A DNA stretch of 64,000 bases, taken from Escherichia coli. Its GTDB lineage: Bacteria > Pseudomonadota > Gammaproteobacteria > Enterobacterales > Enterobacteriaceae. The stretch is taken from the NCBI RefSeq assembly GCF_030013595.1, contig NZ_CP122768.1. One strand, given 5' to 3'. The position numbers and the translations under genes are program-made. Of the stretch, positions 20,173 through 31,078 are shown one piece after another. Under the pieces are notes generated by a model. The model ran no database searches, was not told where the DNA came from, and saw only the letters and a list, made by a program, of their open reading frames with translations. How positions within the stretch are numbered: position 1 is the stretch's first letter; each line of letters starts with the position of its first letter.

Positions 20173-20450
20173 GAAAAGGCATTTACACAGAATCCTAAAC
20201 AGGTTCCGACATTCTTCACTCATACTAAACATCTTGTCACTTGACGCAGGGCTGAAAGTTCTACAACAACGGTATACCAATATGATATTGGTTTACTAAA
20301 TTTTTTGGGGATCCATCAGGGAATTTCTCCCTATATTTCCAGACTCCTGTTATCATTTAACCCATTACTGATCCGCTGCCACATATATACCTGCGGCGAG
20401 CGATAACCTAGAGCTATGCTGCATTGTAATGTTCGATCGCTACTGCATGG

Positions 20451-21151
20451 TTATGCAATGCCGTCATTAACATCTGGCTTGGGCATGAACACGATGTAGT
20501 CACGCTTTATCGTTTTCACGAAGCTCTCTGCTATTTTGTTACTCTCCGGACTCCGCACCGCCGTGTTCTTCGATTCAAGTCCCAACATCCGAGCGGACAG
20601 GCGTGTTTCATTAGCCCGGTAGCATGAACCATTATCTGTCAGCCACTCCACTGGAGACGCCGGAAGCTCGTTGCCGAAGCGGCGTTCCACCGCTCCTGGC
20701 ATGACGTCCTGTGCTGTTTCACTGTTGAAGCCGCCGGTAGTGACCGCCCAGTGCATCACCCCGGCAACAAGGGCGCGTGCGCTATCCACTTTTTGCACGT
20801 CCATATTCAACGGCTTCTTTAATGAGTTCATTTTCCATCGTTTTGTTCCGAGCAGGCGCTGGCGTTCTTTAATCTGCCTTATGGCAGCAGCAAGTTCAGA
20901 GGCAGGAACGATCTGTTCCCCAGCAGTCACCGCAGTAAGACTTCCCTCCTGGTATTGCTTGCGCCAGAGAAGTAACTGGCTGCTACACCATGTTGCCGGG
21001 CAACGAGGGAGACCATCATTCCTGGTTCAAAGCTCTTCTGAACATTAGCGATCTTTTCCTGTGCAGTACGCCGTCTGAGTTTCTCCGGTCCTGAGGCATC
21101 AATCATCTGTTTTCCAATGACCAGTCTAAAAACTAATATTAAGATTATCAC
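20451..21151 (-). mobile_element. IS2 (IS3 family) remnant with internal deletion
   Basis: InsC-like [30 protein letters not shown] and InsD-like C-terminus [16 protein letters not shown]...[22 protein letters not shown]; incomplete. Confidence 0.75.
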
Positions 21152-21326
21152 TTAAATAAGTGATACTGGTTGTCTGGAGATTCAGGGGGCCAGCCTATCC
21201 GGGAAAGTTCACTCACTTTGAATGAAGTAAATATTAAGTATCACATTTTGTGATGTAGCCATTATTTTTATAAAAAATCACCTGATAGGATTTATCATAA
21301 GTTAATGATAAGCAGAGTATTGATAG

Positions 21327-21767
21327 ATGAGCAAGAAGAAGTTTTCTGTTGAGAATGAAGATCTCGCTACTGTTCGTACATCACTTCTTAATTCCAACCT
21401 TGTCCGGAAGTTGATCATGGAAATGTCTGATGAAGACTTCAATCAAGTTAAGGATAACCTTGAAAAGGCCATTGAGCAGCGTAATGAGTTGAAGGATTCT
21501 TTGGCAATTATCAAAAAGTACATGGATGACGCAGGTGTAACGGCGGAAGATGTGTATCGTGAATTTGGCAAAAAATTACAGACGGGCAGAAAAAACGATT
21601 CAGGAGAGTCTAATAAGTACAGGTATGAGTATAACGGTCAAATAATGTACTGGAGTGGACAAGGTCGTCGGCCTTCTGTTATTGCAGAAGCAATAAAAGC
21701 CGGAGGTTCTCTTGATGATTTTCTTATATCTCAGGGCACATCATCATCTTGTTCTGATTATGAGTGA
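21327..21767 (+). CDS. H-NS family nucleoid-associated protein (146 aa)
   Basis: C-terminal H-NS DNA-binding signature YWSGQGRRPSVIAEAIKAGGSLDDFLI (H-NS: TWTGQGRTPAVIKKAM...SLDDFLI); divergent coiled-coil N-terminus. Confidence 0.8.
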   Translation: MSKKKFSVENEDLATVRTSLLNSNLVRKLIMEMSDEDFNQVKDNLEKAIEQRNELKDSLAIIKKYMDDAGVTAEDVYREFGKKLQTGRKNDSGESNKYRYEYNGQIMYWSGQGRRPSVIAEAIKAGGSLDDFLISQGTSSSCSDYE

Positions 21768-22034
21768 TACATCTAATCGGTTGAATGTTGCTGTAATGCT
21801 CGCTTTTGATGCTTATATGGCAGCGTTACCGTTTATTGTTTTAGTTACAAATTGGTCGTCATGGACATAACCTGAAATTATAACTATCATCGGGTCTTTC
21901 AAGTTGCTTATGCATATAACGCCAGGGAGGAAAACGAGAGTTAAAAAATTGAACTGTTCTCATAGAGACTGTAATTTAAATTGTGTAATTGCCGGTTTTG
22001 ATATGTTCGCTCCAACAACGTAGACAAGTAGATT

Positions 22035-22226
22035 GTGGACGAAAAGACGCTTAAAGTCCTTGCGGCTGAGCTGGCTAAAGGCCTCAAAACCGAGGCCGAC
22101 CTCAATCAGTTTTCCCGTATGCTGACGAAATTAACTGTCGTAACGGCGCTTAATGCAGAACTCGGTAACGGCTGCAGATGTTCCTGCTCTGGTTGTGGTC
22201 GGCCAGCAACAGGAATCCGGAGTTGA
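22035..22226 (+). pseudogene. IS1414/IS256-family transposase N-terminal fragment
   Basis: MDEKTLKVLAAELAKGLKTEADLNQFSRMLTKLTV matches the N-terminus of IS1414-like transposases; truncated by the IS21-family fragment. Confidence 0.6.
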
Positions 22227-22824
22227 ACACGACTTTCCCGTTGTTATTCTTCAGCACCGCAGCCTTCTGGTTATCAACCAGCACCGTTTTCACACAACCA
22301 CCGAAGTAGCGGAAGGCACGAACCAGTGATTCGTAGGTATGCTCAGCATCCTGTTTTGGTGCTGCGAAGACATGGAAGCGGCGGGAGAACCCCAGCGTAT
22401 TAACCGCAAAGTTAACTTTGCACCGTTGCCCGGCAACCTCCACCTCAACTTCGCCCCAGTCGTGCTGGAGCTGGTATCCAGGCTGAGTTTCGAAGCGAAC
22501 TGTTCTTTTTGACGGACGCATTTTACGTTTGGGCTGGATGTAGTAACGCAGCATGGAACGTCCGCCCGTATAACCCATTGCCTTAATCTCCGCGAAGATA
22601 ACCTCACTATTCCAGACATTCTCTGCCAGGCGCATGTCGATGTAATCCATAAACGGTTTCAGCTTAACCATTTTGTGGCGGGTCTTTCTGGCTGGCGGTT
22701 CAGGGTATTTGAGGTAGCGTCTGACCGTCCGTTCAGAGCAACCAATCTGAGTCGCAATATCGACAATGTACGCGCCCTGCTGGCGCATTTGCTTTATCAT
22801 GTAAAAGTCCTCTCTGCTCAGCAT
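22150..22824 (-). pseudogene. IS21-family IstA transposase, N-terminal fragment (C-terminus missing)
   Basis: HTH N-terminus and IstA-like core (VRFETQPGYQLQHDWGE...FRYFGGCVKTVLVDNQKAAV); C-terminus truncated and no istB follows. Confidence 0.75.
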
Positions 22825-23977
22825 GTTGATGTCCTTTCTGGTGTGAGAACCTTAAGGAAACAACATGTTGGGTGGAGCGGACAATCCAAATGGTGACCGT
22901 CTTATTATCGCTGGCGCTGACACCTGAGCGATCACCTTTAATATGGCAGCACTTACACTGAATTATTTACATATTCGTTATAACGAACTTCTGTACATAA
23001 TTATGAAACAGATTTGTATTTACATAAAACATGGATGTTTTTAATTTAGGTTTATTACTATTATTATACTCACTCCCTTTTTGATATAATCTCTATTGTT
23101 ATTTATTTCCTGTCTTCACTCACTCTCAATCTTTACATATTCCATTAGTATTACTCTTGTTATCGTATTCACTCCATCCCCCAATCATAATTACTGTAAC
23201 TCATATGATATTCAGATAAGCTATTCTCTACTACGCTATTGCTAATATCCATCTGTTATCAGTCTTCACTGAAACAGCAATTGATCTTAATCTTATTTAT
23301 CATGAACTGTATTTACTTAACGATAATTGTTTATCTGAAGTGTTTTAACTATTCTGGTGAACATCAATTCTTTTGTCATCACTGATTAACTGAATGTTTA
23401 CTCTTTGATACAGTATCCATGATTCCGTCATGTTTAACAGAGCTGGATAAACAACAGAATCAACAGAGTGAATTCCTGATTATGTTTGTTTCGGGTTGTA
23501 TTGTTTAAGATGCAGGGTAAAAATCATGCCAGTGGTATTTTTTACTCTGGTAATGTGTGCGGTTAACGTTCATGTCCTTAAGAACAGATTGGATGAGGGC
23601 GTATAAGTTTATTGCGTTGGCTTTGTACACGTTTTTTTTAGAACCACTGAGAGCAAGTTTGTAGTTTATGATGTGATTGGCCGTAATGCGCCAGTTAGTG
23701 GGGTTTTAGCGCGTATTTTACAGTATTTCGTGATGTTTTATTGAGTCTGTATTTTATTCGCTCCTCGTTTATCTCATTTCTTTAGTCAATGCCATCAGAT
23801 AACCTATTCCTTTCAGCACAACGCTACGCGTCGTTAATAACCCGTCGTATCCATTCTGCTACAGCATGCCTGATAAATACCGTCTGTAAGTTATTACCGT
23901 TTTAGATCTGATTATGAGCGAAAGCATTAATTCGCTCACAGAGCTTAAAACGTCATTAACTTTCAGGAGTCATCAAC

Positions 23978-24544
23978 ATGCCTAAATCTTACACACCAAA
24001 CTGGTTTTTTACCGCCTTACTTGACCATCACATCAATCAAATGATGGCACGCTATTCCTGCCTGCGGGCCTTACGGATGGATTTCTTCTACAGGAAAGAT
24101 ACGCCTGATTTCTTACAACCTGATCACCGCTGGCTTGAATTGCAGTTGCGTATGCTGCTGGAGCAGGTGGAACAATTTGAAAATATCGTTGGCTTCTTCT
24201 GGGTGATTGAATGGACGGCTGATCATGGTTTTCATGCGCATGCGGTTTTCTGGATCGATCGTCAGAGAGTTAAAAAAATATATCCCTTTGCGGAGCGGAT
24301 TACGGAATGCTGGCGGTCTATTACGCATAACAGCGGTTCGGTGCACCGTTGTACATATCAGCCGCATTATACATACAACATCAACATCCCCGTGCGTCAT
24401 AACGATCCCGGGAGCATCGATAATATTCGCGGTGTCCTGCATTATCTGGCGAAAGAAGAACAAAAAGACGGGCTGTGTGCCTACGGTTGCAATGAAGTTC
24501 CTGAACGGCCTGCTGCAGGGCGTCCTCGTAAGCCTCACTTCTGA
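23978..24544 (+). CDS. YagK/YfjJ-like (inovirus Gp2-type) protein (188 aa)
   Basis: ORF track; good RBS (CAGGAG); family from recall, one of several paralogs here. Confidence 0.5.
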   Translation: MPKSYTPNWFFTALLDHHINQMMARYSCLRALRMDFFYRKDTPDFLQPDHRWLELQLRMLLEQVEQFENIVGFFWVIEWTADHGFHAHAVFWIDRQRVKKIYPFAERITECWRSITHNSGSVHRCTYQPHYTYNINIPVRHNDPGSIDNIRGVLHYLAKEEQKDGLCAYGCNEVPERPAAGRPRKPHF

Positions 24545-24760
24545 AGCTTAAGGCCTGAGCCTCCGCTCCTGGAAACACTCCGTCGGTAAAACCTTACCGC
24601 CTTGATTAATGATGTGAACCGAAGTCAACGGAGATCATTCACCCTGAACCTGCATCCAGTGTTCTTTCCCTTATCTTCCCGTTCTGCTTCAGTTTTTCAC
24701 TTATTCCATCAATCTCATCCGCAAGCCATAACACGTCAGTTCATTCACGGGTAGGACGCA

Positions 24761-25366
24761 TTGTGGGTTGCGCATAACGGAACATATCTTATGAATGCTA
24801 TTCCTTATTTCGACTATAGCCTGGCCCCCTTCTGGCCGTCTTATCAGAGCAAAGTTATCGGCGTCCTTGAGCGTGCGCTGCGTGAGCAGTCCGGCTCCCG
24901 GATACGGCGGATCCTGCTTCGTCTGCCGTGTGAATATGACAATACCTTCAACAGCAGAACGACCTGGTTTGGTATGGATTTTATCGAAACCGTCAGTGCG
25001 CTGATGAATGCAACACCCGGACGTGACCTCTGCTGGCTCCTGACCCGTCATCCTGAAAAGCCGGAATACCACGTGGTGCTGTGTGTCAGACAGGAGTATT
25101 TCGATGGCCCTGAACTGGACCGGCTGATTCTGGATGCCTGGAGCAACGTACTGGGTTTCGCGTCACCAGGTGAAGCAAAGCCGTACCAGAAGCAGATCAC
25201 CCGGGATGTGGTATTGGACAGTCGTTCACCGGACTGTGAAGACATCCTCAAAGAGTTGATATGGGCGTTCAGTGATTTCGCCCGCGATCGTCGTGGTGTG
25301 TGCGATCCGGAAGCCCGTTGCCTCGCCGGTAATCCCGGCTATCCCGGATCTGCAGGACCGTTCTGA
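24761..25366 (+). CDS. YagK/YfjJ-like paralog (201 aa; true start possibly ATG at 24791)
   Basis: ORF track; weak similarity in architecture to the 23978 gene. Confidence 0.4.
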   Translation: MWVAHNGTYLMNAIPYFDYSLAPFWPSYQSKVIGVLERALREQSGSRIRRILLRLPCEYDNTFNSRTTWFGMDFIETVSALMNATPGRDLCWLLTRHPEKPEYHVVLCVRQEYFDGPELDRLILDAWSNVLGFASPGEAKPYQKQITRDVVLDSRSPDCEDILKELIWAFSDFARDRRGVCDPEARCLAGNPGYPGSAGPF

Positions 25367-25434
25367 AAGCTCGGTTCAGCATCTTTCCCTGCATTCGCAC
25401 AAACTTCATAAATCTCACAAAGGACATTCTGACC

Positions 25435-25668
25435 ATGTTGACCACAACAAGCCACGACAGCGTGTTACTGCGTGCCGACGATCCCCTGATCGACATGAAC
25501 TACATCACCAGTTTCACCGGCATGACCGATAAATGGTTTTACAAGTTGATCAGTGAAGGCCATTTCCCGAAACCCATCAAGCTGGGCCGCAGCAGCCGCT
25601 GGTACAAAAGTGAAGTGGAGCAGTGGATGCAGCAGCGAATCGAGGAGTCACGAGGAGCAGCAGCATGA
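25435..25668 (+). CDS. alpA: AlpA-family phage/island transcriptional regulator
   Basis: Signature HFPKPIKLGRSSRWYKSEVEQWM typical of AlpA-family proteins. Confidence 0.8.
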   Translation: MLTTTSHDSVLLRADDPLIDMNYITSFTGMTDKWFYKLISEGHFPKPIKLGRSSRWYKSEVEQWMQQRIEESRGAAA

Positions 25669-25924
25669 AACGTGTTGTAATGCCGGTACGCTGGCAATGT
25701 ACAAAATGCTGGCGCTGGTATTGTGGAACCCGGCCCTGCCCCTGGTGCTGGCGACACTCCCGCTTATCTTTCCGCTGACACCCTCCAGTCAGCCAACTGT
25801 TTGTACCTCTTTCCTGACTGATTCGTCATTCCATTCTTATTGATTATAACTGGCATTACACCGGTGCTGGCGTGCTTTCCTGCGTATCTGCACCGGTTTA
25901 ACAAAATTCAACGGGGATAAAATA

Positions 25925-26473
25925 ATGCAGATAACCGAAGCATTACTTGCAGAGCCGGGAGACATCCGGCGTTTTGTTCAGCAGGCGGTGGACCACTGGC
26001 CACATCTGTTGGCATTTCGTTTCACTCTCCGTTCGGCAGAAGGAAGCATCAACGGGCAACAGATTCAGGTATTCTGTACTTCTTTTTACCGACAGGTGCA
26101 CGAACGTATTACTGAGAGTAATCACATGCTCAGTCCATCATCGCCGGTGGTATTACGCTGGTTGCGGGAACAACATGGAGGGGCAACAATACGATGCCTG
26201 TTGCTGCTCAGCCAGGATCTTTTCTGCCATCCGCGAGCCAGTGCCACGGTTGATGAAGCATGTTCACAACTGGTAGATTTACTGCAACAGACCTGGCAGG
26301 TGATAAGCGCTGGCGGACAATGTCGGGTGGAAAAGCGTTTTCAGGTCGCCCGGGGTGATACATCTGGCCAGTATGTTGCGTTAAAAACAGTCGCATTGTC
26401 TCTGGGGTTACCGGTTGTGACCGCCATTACCCATCGTCCGGTACAGCGCTGTACACTGATTACAGCTCAGTGA
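25925..26473 (+). CDS. Hypothetical protein (182 aa), possibly another YagK/YfjJ-like paralog
   Basis: ORF track only. Confidence 0.4.
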   Translation: MQITEALLAEPGDIRRFVQQAVDHWPHLLAFRFTLRSAEGSINGQQIQVFCTSFYRQVHERITESNHMLSPSSPVVLRWLREQHGGATIRCLLLLSQDLFCHPRASATVDEACSQLVDLLQQTWQVISAGGQCRVEKRFQVARGDTSGQYVALKTVALSLGLPVVTAITHRPVQRCTLITAQ

Positions 26474-26491
26474 ATCAGCGCAGTTGTGTAG

Positions 26492-26836
26492 TCAACGAGG
26501 TTTTCTGGCTTTTTGTCGGTCATTCAGCACCATTAGCCGGGTCTCTGCCTCTTTCTGTTCCTGTGGAGTCACTTTCCCGCACGGCTGCCCCTTCAGGTCG
26601 TAACGGGCGCCGCCAGCCATTAACGCACGGTAATAGCGCGGAGACTGCACATAAGACGCTACTGCCGCGCGTAATGCACCTGCGCCAAACGCCAGTTCTC
26701 TGATGGCGATATCCTGTATCAGGTCGTTAGGTATCTCAACTTTAAGCGGTTGGATTTTTTCCCGGTTGAATAACTCAGGCCAGTGTTCCACAAGACGATT
26801 AATACGCTTACGGTTTTTACGCTGGCGTTTTGTCAT
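26492..26836 (-). CDS. FinO/ProQ-domain RNA-binding protein (114 aa)
   Basis: Aligns to the ProQ N-terminal FinO domain: LVEHWPELF...PLKVEI and LRAAVASYVQSPRYYRALMAGGARYDLKGQPCGKV versus ProQ [35 protein letters not shown]. Confidence 0.8.
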   Translation of the reverse strand: MTKRQRKNRKRINRLVEHWPELFNREKIQPLKVEIPNDLIQDIAIRELAFGAGALRAAVASYVQSPRYYRALMAGGARYDLKGQPCGKVTPQEQKEAETRLMVLNDRQKARKPR

Positions 26837-27851
26837 ATGCCGCCACGGTGTTTTTTCAGCAGAGCAGGGCTCTGTTTATCGTTCAACTGTGGTATCCGTT
26901 CCCTGGCCTTCACGTTGTGTGCAGTGTTCGTTTTATCCTGCAGCGGCGTTGCCGGTGATTTACTGAAAATGCCCTGTGGTTTACGGTTAATGGTCAGCGT
27001 TACCATCAGTATTGTTACCTCATGCTGTCAATGGAAGTAGTACCCCATCCAGAGCCTTGGCGACCCCGGGGCTGAAAACGAAACAATAACCCGCGCGCAG
27101 TGCGAGGAGCCCGGGCGTGAAGCAATCAGCAGGTAATATTAATGACAAGACCAGCAGGTTCTTTAGACAAACGAACAATATCAGCAAATACGACAGTTCC
27201 CGGAGAGGTAAAAAGTTTTTTACTTGCACAATTCTTAAAAAAATGGAGATGAACAAAAATGGGGCGACATACCTGGAAGGTTTCACCTCAGACAGAGAGC
27301 CAGGAACAAAAACAGTGTGCCGGAGCAAAGGACCGGGAGCTTACCGGCAATTCAACAGCGGCAGAATAATCTTTATGCCATGTATACTCCGGATGTTCAC
27401 TTATCAGCGGTCGTGGCTGAACATGGTTGTGCAGGTGAATATAATCCTGGTGAAAATGCCTTCTGACCGTTAAGCAGGTTATTGTGAACAGGAAAAAGAG
27501 AAGAACACGACCACGCCGTACGATGCCGCAACACTTTGAGTGGCACGTATGCTGGTGATATCGATAATGTTCTGTCATGGGGAGCGCAGCCCGTCCCCGT
27601 ACAACATGAACTGACCGACGTGTTTTGATAATCCGGAAATTGCGGATAAAACCTGCACAGAGTTGTTTCATCTGGTGGATATGACGGTGACGGATGGCGA
27701 TGAAATCATGCAGTATCGCCGTTAAAAACAGTTGTTCAGTCTTTGTCTTTTATGTTACCCGTTGTCAACGCTAGGGTTATTGGCAAAATCCGTTGGTAAT
27801 GGACGAGTGAATCATCTGTGCTTCCGTTGATTTTTATGGACTGATAAAGTT

Positions 27852-28511
27852 TTGTCAGATGAATTTTTATACGGAATTCTTTTCAGTATGCGTACACGAA
27901 TTGATTATCTGGCGGATAAATACTGTTTTACAGAACGGAACGAATCGCCCCGTCTTCGCCTGCAGTGGCAGGATGTTCTGGAGGAGTGCCGGCAGACAGA
28001 GGCCGGGCCAGAAGAACGGTTGCGTATTGCACTGCTGAATGTGGATTACGTCACCAGTTTTGAACTGCCTTTTCGCTTGCTGCTTACCCGGACACCGCAA
28101 TTGATTGCCGCGCTGCGTGAAGAATGGGGCATCAGCCAGAAAAATGTGGTGTTTAACGATAAACGGTTTGGCTGCGTGTACAGCCTGAAGGCCAGCCTTT
28201 CTGGTGTGCCGGATACATTCCGGTATCATCTGTCTCACCGTATTCGTCGCGTGGTTGGGAATGAAAACACATCATCGCCATATCAGCAGGTTGCCCGGAA
28301 AGTGAAAGCGCCCCGTGAACGGCTGAAGTATGCACTGGAGGCGGGTTTACTGGTGACTGCACTGGACGGCCTGTTCTGGTTTGGCAGTCAGCGTATTGCG
28401 GCTGATGTTCTGAGGCGGAGAAAGGCCGGAATGCCGGTGGTGACCACGACCGTGGAGGTGCACGATAACCTGACAGGAACAACCCGCAAAGTACCGGCAT
28501 ACCATCTCTGA
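27852..28511 (+). CDS. Hypothetical protein (219 aa)
   Basis: ORF track; no recognised family. Confidence 0.45.
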   Translation: MSDEFLYGILFSMRTRIDYLADKYCFTERNESPRLRLQWQDVLEECRQTEAGPEERLRIALLNVDYVTSFELPFRLLLTRTPQLIAALREEWGISQKNVVFNDKRFGCVYSLKASLSGVPDTFRYHLSHRIRRVVGNENTSSPYQQVARKVKAPRERLKYALEAGLLVTALDGLFWFGSQRIAADVLRRRKAGMPVVTTTVEVHDNLTGTTRKVPAYHL

Positions 28512-28559
28512 TACAACCATCAGGGGGAATATTGCTCTGGCAGCATGCAAAATGGCATC

Positions 28560-30266
28560 TGAATCGATCGCAGTTTGGCATTCGAATCGATCATGATTTG
28601 GCGGTGTTTTTCAAGGTAGTTGTCGCTTTTTGTAATAAAATTACGTTATGCAGCCTCTTTTTCTGGATTCAGGTAGACTTCTGATATGTAGTTCCAGTTA
28701 CGTAGATACTTGCCCCAACGTTCAGGATGTTGCTCGCGAGCTAGCTGGTATACCGCTTTTCAGGCTGCCAGTATTTTCATGTCATTACCTTGATGACGCT
28801 CGGCTGGCGTGACGTATTTGATCCCGCTGTGCTTATGTTCAAAGTTGTACCAGTTTACAAAACTGGTTTACCCATACTCTGGCATCATCAATAGTGCGAA
28901 AACCGTTCTCAGGCCACCAGGGACAATATTTGAGAGTCCGGAACAAAGATTCTGAGTAAGGATTATCATTACTGACTCTTGGCCGGGAATAAGAACTTAG
29001 CACACCAAGCGCATACATTTTCGCCAACAACGTGTCACTGTGCATGGGACCACCGTTATCAGAATGGAGTACCAGATTGTTGGATGAACATTTTTCATTC
29101 CATACTGCACGCTGGAGTAGTTCTGCTGCATGTTTTCCAGATTCGCTGGCAAATACCTCAGCAGCAATAATTTTGCGACTGTAAATATCGACGATCATAT
29201 AGAGGTAAAAATGCTGGCCTCTGACCCAGGACGGCAAATAGCTGATGTCCCAACTCCAGACTTGATTCGGTGCAACGGCCCTGAGTACATCAGGCCAGTT
29301 TATACTGGCATTCACGGGATCGTTTCTTCAACTGCTTGGCTGATTTCAGTACACGATAAAAACTTGATTCAGAAGCAATATAAATACCTCTGTCTGCCAG
29401 AGTTGGTACGATCACATTTGGAGGCAAGGATGCAAACTCTGGAGAGTTGCACAACTCCAGTATTCGCAATCTTTCCGCTTCTGACAGCTTATTTCGGGGA
29501 GAGCTGTTTACAGTATCGGATCTTCGGTCCGTGGTGATGATGTTGCCATTAGTCCAGCGCTGAAGTGTCCGAATAGAAATACCGATACACCTACAAGCCT
29601 GACCTTTCCGGGCGCCGTTGGCGACGGCCTCACGGACAAGAGAAATAATTTTATGCCGCTCCAGGAGAGGGGGCAGTCTTCCTCGCTGTTGTCCCAGAGG
29701 GCATTGAACTTTTCCCTTAATATAAGCAGGGCCGCAGCTTCCGCCAGAGCTTTATCTTTGCGCTTAAGCTCTTTCTCCAGTTCTCGTAACTTATTTTTTG
29801 CGTCACGCAATGCCCTGTCTGTTCGAATATTTTCCGTCAATTTTTTTCATGCGCCTGAATTGAGATAGCCCGCCATTCTTTAACCTGTTCAACAAACAAT
29901 CCCATGCGTCGGCAATAATCGGCAAGCTCCATTTCTGACAGTGTCAACGACGGATGAAAAGTGATCCACTATTGCACCGTTCGTGACAGACAGCGTAGCC
30001 GTCTCAAGAACAACTGAGAATCGACGCTCCGGTGTCCAGTCTTCAACATCAACGGAGGTAATCTTTTCATTTTCAGGTAAAAGTCCTTGCTCCACTAACT
30101 CACATCTCCATTTTGATACAACTGAGGCACTGATCTTCAGCTTCCGGGCTATCTGACGGTGTGACCAACAGTATGGTGGCAAAAGCCATATCAGTCCTTT
30201 TTCTTTGAGCTCATTTGGTATTGGTTGTCCTGGCATTGTTATCTCCTTAAAAAATTGAGGCGACAA
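28560..30266 (-). mobile_element. IS3-family insertion sequence remnant (frameshifted orfA, degenerate orfB)
   Basis: HTH fragment 29889..30266, leucine-zipper orfA part 29508..29840 (RELEKELKRKDKALAEAAALL), orfB fragment 28839..29315 with integrase-core residues; multiple frame breaks. Confidence 0.65.
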
Positions 30267-30305
30267 CTATGCTGACACAGGGGGGTTATTGAGTGATCTC
30301 CTTTC

Positions 30306-31021
30306 ATGAAAATACGCAGTATCAACCACACAGAGGATTATGTAATGACCAAAAATCATTCATTTTTAGAACAACAGATAGCTACATTTGGTGCAGCACT
30401 AAATGGGGGAAATCAACCGCAATCTGAGTACATAGAAGCCTTCTCAAAATCATTTAAAGGACTAGAAACACAAATTAATATTTGGGAAACCTTTATTGTC
30501 AATAGCACAAATGTTAATCAAGACGACGCAATGCTTTTTCCTTAACCATATCAGAGCAATATCTACACTACACCCATAAATCAACCGAAATAGAACAGCT
30601 CCGCTACTTCTACATAGCACAAAAAATTGCAGACTTGTTCTGGCTGAACAACGTTGCACATAGAGGTAAAAACTCTGAAGGCTACCCAGGTCATTTTGGT
30701 TGTCGTGTAAGGCAAAGAAACAAAAAACTCGAAATTTTCTGGGTTTACAACGAGTTTAAACCTAAAAAGAATTCTGACAAATACCAGGTGATCAGCCATT
30801 ACCTCCCCCGTGAGGGCAATTATCGCTATTCACAAAGCACCTTTACCCGAGCACAAGATTGGGAAAAATCGGTGATTACTGCTGTTGAAGATGCTTTCTC
30901 AATAATCCGCAGAGCCAACTCAAATCTAATGCGGGTTAGACAACTGTGCCGTTGGAATGACACCAATCTATTCAAAATGACAGGCGATATCGACGATTTT
31001 AAGATGGATAATCCTTTATAG
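30306..31021 (+). pseudogene. Hypothetical gene in two frames (30306..30545 and 30635..31021); possibly disrupted
   Basis: Two adjacent same-strand track ORFs in different frames; no family recognised. Confidence 0.3.
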
Positions 31022-31078
31022 TTATGATCTTACAACACAGCCCTCAACTCATTAGAGATCAGGGCTGTACTATATCGG

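Noticed and set aside
27020-27671. Three mutually overlapping short ORFs (102-127 aa) on both strands
   Set aside because: Overlap each other, lack start-site signals and encode Cys/His-rich low-complexity peptides; region treated as non-coding or regulatory.
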